Shown piece after piece: positions 9,947-17,554 of a DNA stretch of 62,154 nucleotides. Made by a program: the position numbers and the translations under genes. The first letter of the stretch is position 1. Every line of letters starts with the position of its first letter. The DNA is from an uncultured Bacteroidales bacterium (GTDB lineage Bacteria > Bacteroidota > Bacteroidia > Bacteroidales > UBA4181): the NCBI GenBank assembly GCA_964451605.1, contig CAYVJA010000007.1, forward strand, positions 1 through 62,154, written 5' to 3'. Below the pieces are notes generated by a model. That model was not told where the DNA came from. It saw only the letters and a program-made list of their open reading frames with translations, and made no database searches.

Positions 9947-10345
9947 TTATGTCGGGTCGTTTTCGTGCAACACTTTAACCGATTTCGGATGCGACGACCA
10001 CAATCCATGTTTGGTGCAGTAGCTGAGTGCCGTGAGTTTCATGCTCAGCCGGGCAACGAGGTAAAAATCGATCTCAACCTGCCCGGGTACAGTGCCGGTA
10101 AATCCGTGTCCTATTTGCACTGAGGCTACCAGCGTCTCAATGTTCCACAACTGAATAAAACCAATATGATGATCAGCTTCGTCGGGATGGAGATAGGCCT
10201 GGCCCACTTTTACCTTCACAGCAAATTTCTCGCCCTCCCTCACTGTATCGGGGCATTCAATCACAGGCGTATGACGGTCGAAATAGTCTTTACGGCACTC
10301 TTTTTCTTCGAGCGAAATGTCGACGGGCGAAATCATTTTTGGCAT
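9947..10345 (-). CDS. sor: 1Fe superoxide reductase (neelaredoxin / desulfoferrodoxin centre-II domain)
   Basis: DRHTPVIE (compare the canonical EKHVPVIE), HPDEADHHIGFIQLW (two His ligands) and CTKHGLW (Cys and His ligands). I use ATG 10345 (MPKMISP...). Confidence 0.8.
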   Translation of the reverse strand: MPKMISPVDISLEEKECRKDYFDRHTPVIECPDTVREGEKFAVKVKVGQAYLHPDEADHHIGFIQLWNIETLVASVQIGHGFTGTVPGQVEIDFYLVARLSMKLTALSYCTKHGLWSSHPKSVKVLHENDPT

Positions 10346-10405
10346 GGCAATCGGCTTTAATCGCAAATCGGAGCGGAACAAATGCTATCAAAAATAGGAT
10401 TAATT

Positions 10406-10435
10406 TTTGAAATGCCGAAAATAGTTGTACATTTG
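10406..10435 (+). promoter_or_regulatory. putative Bacteroidota sigma-A promoter for the tRNA-Met gene
   Basis: TTTG at 10406-10409 and TACATTTG (TAnnTTTG -7 consensus) at 10428-10435, with 18 nt between them. Confidence 0.4.
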
Positions 10436-10472
10436 TACCCGCAATCAAGAAACACACGTTGTACACACATAT

Positions 10473-10544
<72 letters not shown>

Positions 10545-10548
10545 CTTA

Positions 10549-10578
10549 GGCCGTCTCATCCGAGACGGCCTTTTTTTT
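10549..10578 (+). terminator. rho-independent terminator after tRNA-Met
   Basis: GGCCGTCTC-ATCC-GAGACGGCC followed by eight T. The T tract touches the gldN stop codon on the opposite strand. Confidence 0.75.
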
Positions 10579-11530
10579 AGTATTCCCACATATCCTGTTC
10601 CATGTTGAAGATGGCATTCTCAACCTGTTCGGATATGCGCTGGCGGTCGGTTTCGTTAAGAATTTGTGTGCCGTTTGCGGCCTGGAGGCGGTTCAACTCG
10701 GAGTAGATGTACCCGGTGAAGCGGTGCTGCAGAAAGAGGTCGTCGAACGAAAGTTGCTGGGCATTGTTCCCTCCTGAATAGACCGGATATTGTGCAAGTG
10801 ATTCGCGAATATGGGGGTAGTATACCCAAAAGGCCTGCTGTTTCAACATGTCACTCTCCGAAAGTTCCTCTTCCATTAACGAGTAGGTGTCGGTAATCAC
10901 TCCTTCTCGCTGATATTCACGGATTGGGCAAAGTCCAACCACTTTCACCTTGAGTTCGGATACCCGGCGGTCGAACCACCAGTACTCCATCACCATCAGG
11001 TAGGTAATCTCCGAAAGCTGACGGTCGCGCTTCTCGGTTTGCTGAACGATATTCCCCTGTTCGTCGGCCACGTCAATCACTTTGGTAGCCGCCCCCAAAC
11101 GGGTATTCAGCGCTTCGGGAGTCAGCACCTCGGCAAACTCACTTCCTTCGCCCAGATCGGGGTTGTAGGCCTTGAATTTGCCTGAATCAATCCCTTCCAG
11201 AAGAAGCGTAATCAGATTCTTTCTGTTGCGGGTGGGCGTTTCGGGGAGATAGAGCCCGCGGTTCATGCCCTCTTTCAGGTTCACCATCCGGTAAATGACG
11301 GTCGACCAGTGTTCGTCCTGTTCCTGATAATAGGGGAGCGGCAACGCCTTTTTGCCCATGAGCTTATTCGTCTGGCCGGGAAGAATCAGCGTGTCGATCC
11401 GAACAGGAGCCGGAGCAGGCTGTTGTACCCGGTTTATCGGCATCAGGTTAGCACTCTGTGCCTTTCCTTGCAGAGAGGCGAAGAGGAGTCCTGTCGAGAG
11501 CAGGCATATGTAAACAACGGTTCGGTTCAT
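10577..11530 (-). CDS. gldN: gliding motility / T9SS protein GldN (PorN)
   Basis: Signal peptide MNRTVVYICLLSTGLLFASLQGKAQ. Last gene of the porP-gldKLMN operon, 6 nt after gldM. Size about 317 aa. Confidence 0.8.
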   Translation of the reverse strand: MNRTVVYICLLSTGLLFASLQGKAQSANLMPINRVQQPAPAPVRIDTLILPGQTNKLMGKKALPLPYYQEQDEHWSTVIYRMVNLKEGMNRGLYLPETPTRNRKNLITLLLEGIDSGKFKAYNPDLGEGSEFAEVLTPEALNTRLGAATKVIDVADEQGNIVQQTEKRDRQLSEITYLMVMEYWWFDRRVSELKVKVVGLCPIREYQREGVITDTYSLMEEELSESDMLKQQAFWVYYPHIRESLAQYPVYSGGNNAQQLSFDDLFLQHRFTGYIYSELNRLQAANGTQILNETDRQRISEQVENAIFNMEQDMWEY

Positions 11531-11536
11531 GGTCTG

Positions 11537-13150
11537 TTAGTTGATTTTGAAAATAATAGGATTCAGTTCTACTTGTCGGTTGCCTGGCCCCACCGCAAGG
11601 ATGTTGTCGATGTAGACCTTTTGTCCCTTATTCAGCGAACGGATAATGGTTTTTTGCTCGTCAGTGAGTCGTGCAGAGGTCGATCGGGCCTCCTTAACAA
11701 ATTCGCCCTGTGAGACCGTGAGGGTGAAACCCTGAATCTGGAATTTCAGGTCGAAATCGAATCCCTCCATATCTGCCTGGATGGCTATTTGGGCCGCCAG
11801 GGTTGATTTGTCGATGAGGCCTCCCATCTTTCCGGCCAGTTTTGCCGAAGGGGTGGGCACCAGCTTTACCCGGAAGTTCATTTCGCCCATTTTTCGACGC
11901 TGGCCATTGCTGTTGGCAAAAACGGTAACAATGGCGGTCCCCTGGGTGGCAGGGCGTACAATATAGCCGTTTCCTTCCGGCACGATGGTGCCGTTGTTGA
12001 TGGTGGCGCTCATCTGTTCGCGGGGTACACCCGAGATAGAGATGTCAACCGGATTATCTACGCCCAGATAGAAGACGTTCATCTTAGTGGGTGAGATTAC
12101 TGCGCTGGCCTCTCCCACCTGATATTCGGCCCGGAAAGGTCGTTTGGTGGTACTGCCGTCTACATTCTTAATCTGGACTAATCCCTCCCAAATGTTGGTT
12201 CCGATGTTGCTCCCGATCCGGCTGAAGATGGCTTTTCCCTCTTTAACGGGCAATTGTTCGTAATTTCCCACCATTTTGTAGTCGAAGGTTCCATCTTCCA
12301 GGGGGATGGTTTCGTAGCGGCCTACCATCACCGTGGGGTCTTGTGTTGAGTCGGAGGCGGCAATAAAGACTTCTGCCGTATACTCGTTCCCTTTCAGAAT
12401 GAAGTTTGAGTTAGGAATCACAGTGGCTTCGAGACGGTCGAACTTAAAGGATCCCGCGTCGATTTGCGAGAAAAGGTAGGTAAGAATCTCCATTTCGGAG
12501 TTGCGCACATAACTTTGGTAGAGGGTGAGGTTGGTGAGAACAGCAATGAGAGGGAGGTTTTCGAAGTTTTTCGATTCCCAGCTCAAGTGTTCACCCTTCT
12601 CTTTCACATCGGGGGTGGAGAGCGATTTTATAATCGATTTGCGCAGATCTTCATCTTTATCGGCAACAAAGGTGAGGAGGAATTTCGAGTAGTCGTTAAT
12701 CTTTTCGCGAAGTACTCCTCCCTTTCCCTGACGGATCATCACTTGTGCAGGGTAGTCCATATTGTCGGTAACTTCGAGCGAGTCGTAGTAGATAACCCGC
12801 GGATCGCGCAGAGCAACTGCCTCTTCGCCATCGGGTTCGGAAATGGTTACAATCTCCCTTTTCAACGCTTCGATATGCTGATATATCTCGTCACTTTTCT
12901 GAGAAACCTCTTTGGCTTTCAGGTACCACGGCTCCACCTTAAGGGGGGCTATGGCCTGTTGGGCCTCGAACTGACTCAGCAGGTAGGCGTTCTTTACCTC
13001 AAAGTTGAGGTTGGTTTTGGTGATCCCCTCGTTTACGATAACAAAAGCATCCAGGACGTCTTTCGATACATTCAATGCCAAAAGGGCAGTGAGTACCAAG
13101 TACATCATACCGATCATCTTCTGTCGCGGGGTCTCTCTACGTAAGGCCAT
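11537..13150 (-). CDS. gldM: gliding motility / T9SS protein GldM (PorM)
   Basis: N-terminus TPRQKMIGMMYLVLTALLALNVSKDVLDAF is the hallmark GldM N-terminal block. 537 aa. Confidence 0.9.
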   Translation of the reverse strand: MALRRETPRQKMIGMMYLVLTALLALNVSKDVLDAFVIVNEGITKTNLNFEVKNAYLLSQFEAQQAIAPLKVEPWYLKAKEVSQKSDEIYQHIEALKREIVTISEPDGEEAVALRDPRVIYYDSLEVTDNMDYPAQVMIRQGKGGVLREKINDYSKFLLTFVADKDEDLRKSIIKSLSTPDVKEKGEHLSWESKNFENLPLIAVLTNLTLYQSYVRNSEMEILTYLFSQIDAGSFKFDRLEATVIPNSNFILKGNEYTAEVFIAASDSTQDPTVMVGRYETIPLEDGTFDYKMVGNYEQLPVKEGKAIFSRIGSNIGTNIWEGLVQIKNVDGSTTKRPFRAEYQVGEASAVISPTKMNVFYLGVDNPVDISISGVPREQMSATINNGTIVPEGNGYIVRPATQGTAIVTVFANSNGQRRKMGEMNFRVKLVPTPSAKLAGKMGGLIDKSTLAAQIAIQADMEGFDFDLKFQIQGFTLTVSQGEFVKEARSTSARLTDEQKTIIRSLNKGQKVYIDNILAVGPGNRQVELNPIIFKIN

Positions 13151-13165
13151 GATTCGGAGGAGGGT

Positions 13166-13984
13166 TTACTTCTGTACATTCATGGCAGCCAACATGTTGC
13201 CATATACTTTGTTGAGCGATGCCAGATTCTGGTTAAGGGTGTTCAGGTGGTTCTGGTACTGGGCAGTCGAACTGACCGAGGCTTCCAGATCGGCAGTCAT
13301 CTTGTTCAGGTTCCGGAAGGCCGACTTACTATCGAGCAGTTGCTGGTTGGTTTCGCGCAGTTGCAGTTCGTAAACGGTATTCAGCGCATTCAGATTCCGG
13401 TTCATGCTGTCGAGTTCGCCTGCATATTTTGATGCAAGGTTTTTGAGATTCTCTGTGTTGGCAAAGGGGTCGCCGGCCTGTTGCATCAGAGTTGCCATTT
13501 TTTCGGCCGACTCGGCAGCCGTTTCTATACTTTGTGAATAGCGCTTCGTTGCAGCTGCCAGGGTGGAGATGTCAACCAGCCCCTCGGCCGTTTTATTTAG
13601 TTGGGTCAGATTCTTTTCCAACTGTTTTATCATTTCCGGCTGTAATGCCAACATTGCCTGCGATGCCAGCGGATGGGCCTGCGCATTGTTCTGCGACTGA
13701 GTCGCAAGGGTTCTTACCGAGTCGGTAAGGGAAATTTTGTAATCGTCCGACAATCCTGCAAGTTCCGGAAAGACCAGCGTCCAGTCGACCTCCTGAGGCA
13801 ACGGTTCGAAGGCCGACAGGAAGAAGATGACAGCCTCGGTACAGAGTCCCACGGTGAGAAAAGTGCTGGCAATAGAGACGTGCTCCAGTTTAAACAGAGC
13901 CCCTAATACCACGATAGAGGCGCCGAAACTGTATAATTTATGAATGGTTTTTCTCCATTTCTGACTTTCAAAAAATCGGTTCAT
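13166..13984 (-). CDS. gldL: gliding motility / T9SS protein GldL (PorL)
   Basis: Two N-terminal TM helices (YSFGASIVVLGALFKLEH..., VGLCTEAVIFFLSAFEP) followed by a coiled-coil-like Q/N/L-rich tail. Positioned between gldK and gldM. Confidence 0.85.
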   Translation of the reverse strand: MNRFFESQKWRKTIHKLYSFGASIVVLGALFKLEHVSIASTFLTVGLCTEAVIFFLSAFEPLPQEVDWTLVFPELAGLSDDYKISLTDSVRTLATQSQNNAQAHPLASQAMLALQPEMIKQLEKNLTQLNKTAEGLVDISTLAAATKRYSQSIETAAESAEKMATLMQQAGDPFANTENLKNLASKYAGELDSMNRNLNALNTVYELQLRETNQQLLDSKSAFRNLNKMTADLEASVSSTAQYQNHLNTLNQNLASLNKVYGNMLAAMNVQK

Positions 13985-14010
13985 GGTTGCAGAGATTGAC
14001 AGGTGGCAGG

Positions 14011-15342
14011 TTAATTTCTATTCATTTCGGGGCCAAATGCTCTTCGTATACAGCGGAATCCTACAAAAGAACGGGCAGAGTCCTGATAGTCGTAGGTACG
14101 GATACCTACATTGAGATAGTATTTGGTATCTTTCCAGGAGCCGCCTCTCACCACTTTTCGCTTCATGGAGGCAGGATCGCCGGGAGCTGCATCGTAGGTG
14201 TAGTCGGGGTTCAGGTCGTGTGTGAGGACAGTCGACGATTCATCGAAGGCACTCTGGGTCCATTCGGCTACATTTCCCGACATATCATAGAGGCCAAATC
14301 CGTTTGGTTCGAACGAACCAACCGGAGCGGTAATCTGCCATCCGTCGGCAGCATAGTTGCCTCTTTGGGGCTTAAAGTTGGCCAGATAGCACCCCTTGGC
14401 ATTGGCCAGATAGGGGCCTCCCCAGGGATATGCGGTATTTTTTAGCCCGCCTCTTGCAGCATACTCCCATTCCGATTCCAGGGGAAGTGAAAATTCGCTC
14501 AGGCTCAGCACCCCTCTCGCGGCCATGGCCTGGTTGTAGTATTGGGTCCTCCAGCGGCAGAAGGCCTCGGCCTGTACCCAGCTGACGCCTACCACCGGAT
14601 ATTGGTCGTAGGCGGGATGCCAGAAGTAGGCCTTGGTGAGGGGCTCGTTGAATGAGTAGGTGAAATCGGTTAGAAAGCAGAGGGTGTCGGGATAAACCGG
14701 TACGGAAACCTGTTCTATGAAGGCATTCCGGTTGGGGGCACGCACCTCCTGGCCCTGGGCGTTAATAATGGTGCCTTTGGCTGCTTTACGCAAATTAAAG
14801 TAGGAGTAAGTGTATGCCAGTTTGCTGTAATCGTATTCTTTCTGTCCGAATATTCTGTCGGAGGGTTTTACGTAAAGTTCCTCTTCGTAAATCAGTTGTA
14901 CGTTTTCGTTTCGTTTTTCATCTATGCGCCGGGTCCAGTTAAGCCGCGGCGGGTCGATAGGATTGCCAAAGGCATCCTGATCTATCCGGTATTCCGGTTC
15001 CAGTTCGGCTAACTTGGTCCGGAGCAGAGAGTCTCTTACCCAGAAGATAAATTGACGATACTCGGCATTCGTTATTTCGGTGTCGTCCATCCAAAAACCG
15101 CCAAGGGTAACCGTTTTCGACACTGTACCCTGCCCTTCGGCCTGATCGCCTTCGAGCGGGCCCATCACAAAACTCCCCCCGGGAATCATTACCATGCCCA
15201 ACGGGGCCCCTTCGGTAAAGGTGGCTCTTTTCGAACCATAGCTGGCTCCCACCAGTTCGCCTGTAGGCGGTTGAAACATTCGACTACAACCTCCTATCGC
15301 GAATAATGTGCAGATAGACAAATATATAACTGAATTCTTCAT
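14011..15342 (-). CDS. gldK: gliding motility lipoprotein GldK (PorK), SUMF1/FGE-fold
   Basis: Lipobox LFAIGGCS and FGE-sulfatase-like blocks (GGSFVMG, GLYDMSGNVAEW, RGGSW, GFRC). Confidence 0.9.
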   Translation of the reverse strand: MKNSVIYLSICTLFAIGGCSRMFQPPTGELVGASYGSKRATFTEGAPLGMVMIPGGSFVMGPLEGDQAEGQGTVSKTVTLGGFWMDDTEITNAEYRQFIFWVRDSLLRTKLAELEPEYRIDQDAFGNPIDPPRLNWTRRIDEKRNENVQLIYEEELYVKPSDRIFGQKEYDYSKLAYTYSYFNLRKAAKGTIINAQGQEVRAPNRNAFIEQVSVPVYPDTLCFLTDFTYSFNEPLTKAYFWHPAYDQYPVVGVSWVQAEAFCRWRTQYYNQAMAARGVLSLSEFSLPLESEWEYAARGGLKNTAYPWGGPYLANAKGCYLANFKPQRGNYAADGWQITAPVGSFEPNGFGLYDMSGNVAEWTQSAFDESSTVLTHDLNPDYTYDAAPGDPASMKRKVVRGGSWKDTKYYLNVGIRTYDYQDSARSFVGFRCIRRAFGPEMNRN

Positions 15343-15361
15343 TCTTTTCTTTCTTTATAAT

Positions 15362-16336
15362 TTAGAGAAAACGAACGCTCTTATACTTTTGGGAATCTCT
15401 CTCTTGTTTAAACATGAAACGGTAACCTACCATGATTTCGTGTGCACCGCCGCCATATTTCGCGATTTTCGAGGTGGTTATGTCGTACGAGTAGCTAAAA
15501 CTCAGTCCGCTGATTAAATCGAACCCCCCCATCACTACTATGGCATCTTCGGTTCTATATGAAACGCCGCCCCATACGGTTTTATTGTACAGGGCCCGGA
15601 GATTTGCGTAGTATTGTGTAACCGCAAGATCGGAGTGAACAAGCAATGCGGGAGCCAATTCCCATTTGGGGTTGTTGAGAGGAAGCAGGGTGCCGGCCTG
15701 GAAGTAGAGGTTGGTTTTAATCTTATAGTTGGCGGTGGATACCTGTGTGCTTTCTACTGCAGATTTGGTGAGGTCGATGGAGGGGGAGTTAAGATGGGTG
15801 GCAGAGAGGCCGATATACCATGAGGGGGTGTGGTAGTAAAGCCCCATGCCCAGGTCGGCTACAATCGAGCTTTGGTCGCCAGCAGGAATGTCGGGGTCGT
15901 TGCCCGGGGCAGTGTACCCTTCGGCGTTTGGGATAAACCACTCCGGCCGGAGATTTTTCGAGAGCATACCCAGAGAGAGGCCCATTCCCAGGATTCCGCC
16001 TCCCCATTCAAGATGGTATGCATACGAAGCCGCAACGCTCATATCGTTGTCGAAGGCAAATTCATCCTGTTGTATCGATAATCCTACTCCGCTCGGTATT
16101 CCCCACAGCGAAACCGGCGCATGAATGGTAGCATTAAGGGTTTTGGGAGCCCCTTCAATACCCGGCCATTGGTTCCTGTACGCCAGCTGTGTAGCGATGG
16201 CCTCGACCGAACCCGCAGCACCGGGGTTGATCGAGAACAGGTTCAACATCTTTTGGCTGAAGGTTGGGTCTTGCTGTCCGTAGGCGGCAGAAACAAGAAA
16301 CAGGCAACACAGAAGCCCGGGTAATCGTATATTCAT
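15362..16336 (-). CDS. porP: PorP/SprF-family T9SS outer-membrane protein
   Basis: Signal peptide then QQDPTFSQKMLNLFSINPGAAG, the PorP/SprF N-terminal signature. Beta-barrel-like sequence ending ...YKSVRFL. Lies 19 nt upstream of gldK. Confidence 0.85.
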   Translation of the reverse strand: MNIRLPGLLCCLFLVSAAYGQQDPTFSQKMLNLFSINPGAAGSVEAIATQLAYRNQWPGIEGAPKTLNATIHAPVSLWGIPSGVGLSIQQDEFAFDNDMSVAASYAYHLEWGGGILGMGLSLGMLSKNLRPEWFIPNAEGYTAPGNDPDIPAGDQSSIVADLGMGLYYHTPSWYIGLSATHLNSPSIDLTKSAVESTQVSTANYKIKTNLYFQAGTLLPLNNPKWELAPALLVHSDLAVTQYYANLRALYNKTVWGGVSYRTEDAIVVMGGFDLISGLSFSYSYDITTSKIAKYGGGAHEIMVGYRFMFKQERDSQKYKSVRFL

Positions 16337-16423
16337 ATCCTCTCTTTAGCAGCACCCCAAAAGTAAGCAGGCCAAAGCTATGCAAAAGTTTCCAAAAAAG
16401 GAGAAGGCGATGGGCAAGTGGCG

Positions 16424-17554
16424 TTAATTCAATTTCTGGAAACAGCGCCACCAGCGGTCGGGTATCTCCTGTTTACATGCCATCTCGTAATCTCTGGGTG
16501 AGCAGGAGATGAACATGGGAGTCTCTTTCTTGTCGGACTTGATGCGGGGTACCTCCATCCACCATCGTTCGCTGTACATGCTTTTGTAGAAAACCAACTC
16601 CTGCGCCTCCTGGCTCAGATAGACCAGGTACTTTTTCATATTGACACTCTTCTTGCCCGGTTTTTCGTCGACCCGTTGTGCGAACCCCTCCAGAAAATAC
16701 CAGATAATCTGAGCTGCCAGTTGGCCCGAAATATGTCGGGTGTCGTGAGCGGGAAGAAGATCGAAAAGGCCAAACGATTTGAGCCGGGTGCCTATGCCGG
16801 CATAGAAGCTTAACTGACAAATCTCCTCGCCGGTAAATCCGTTGGGAACAGGATCGGCACTTCCCGGAGAATCGGCAAAACGAATGGCATTCATGCTGAT
16901 GCCGGTAAAGTCGGCGTCGCGAAACGAGGGCTCGGTTTCGGAAAGATCGAGCCGGCACTCCGAAAGGCGAAATACTTCGAAATATCGCGAACGCCAAAAT
17001 TTGGCCGGAGGGGAGGGGTAGTGTGCCTGAGCCCCTACAAGTGTAAAGTTGAAGATGCTTTTTTTGTCGTTTTTCAGCGCATTGTGCCATTCGGCCATGG
17101 TGCTGCCCCGCTGACATTTAGAGTCGATCCATACATAGTTGGCCGGCCATTGCTCCTCGGCCAGGGCCATATAGTGTCCGTAAAGCAGATCGGCACTTCC
17201 ACCCAAAATAACTGGAAGGCATTGTCGTGCTGCAAGCTCCGACAAGACAATCTTCATACCGTGGTAGGTGTCGGAAACCGTTCTGCCCAATTGCAGATTT
17301 CCGGCATCGACAATCACCGGTGCCGGCTGCATACAGTTGCATTGATATAGTTGATGCCGAATCTCTTCAACCGCCTTCGCAGTGCCATTTTCGCCAAAAC
17401 CTCTGTCTTCCGGAATGCCAATCAGTACGATGGCACCCGGGGCGAAGAGTTGGTCCTTTTGTTCGAGGGTCCTGATTTTGATTTGCGACCCCAGAGTTCC
17501 TTCCAGGAGGGCGGGCTGAGGCAACTCACTGAGATAGGGGTAAAGCTCGGTCAT
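16424..17554 (-). CDS. arginase/formimidoylglutamase-fold protein, probably non-catalytic
   Basis: Overall arginase-family layout (IVLIGIPEDRGFGENG..., VILGGSADLLYGHY, YVWIDSKCQ), but the canonical GGDHS, DAHxD and SxDxD metal-ligand blocks read GGSAD, DSKCQ and SMNAI. Its start overlaps the topA stop (ATGA at 17551-17554). Confidence 0.45.
   Translation of the reverse strand: MTELYPYLSELPQPALLEGTLGSQIKIRTLEQKDQLFAPGAIVLIGIPEDRGFGENGTAKAVEEIRHQLYQCNCMQPAPVIVDAGNLQLGRTVSDTYHGMKIVLSELAARQCLPVILGGSADLLYGHYMALAEEQWPANYVWIDSKCQRGSTMAEWHNALKNDKKSIFNFTLVGAQAHYPSPPAKFWRSRYFEVFRLSECRLDLSETEPSFRDADFTGISMNAIRFADSPGSADPVPNGFTGEEICQLSFYAGIGTRLKSFGLFDLLPAHDTRHISGQLAAQIIWYFLEGFAQRVDEKPGKKSVNMKKYLVYLSQEAQELVFYKSMYSERWWMEVPRIKSDKKETPMFISCSPRDYEMACKQEIPDRWWRCFQKLN

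Noticed and set aside
12464-13144. 226-aa plus-strand ORF inside gldM, and the similar 1708..2403 minus-strand ORF inside the patatin gene
   Set aside because: They lie antisense to genes with strong family signatures. No start context or motifs of their own.
16473-17117. 214-aa alternative-frame minus-strand ORF inside the arginase-fold gene
   Set aside because: It is on the same strand but out of frame with the longer ORF that shows arginase-family blocks. Its product is Arg/Ser/Gly-rich with no motifs.
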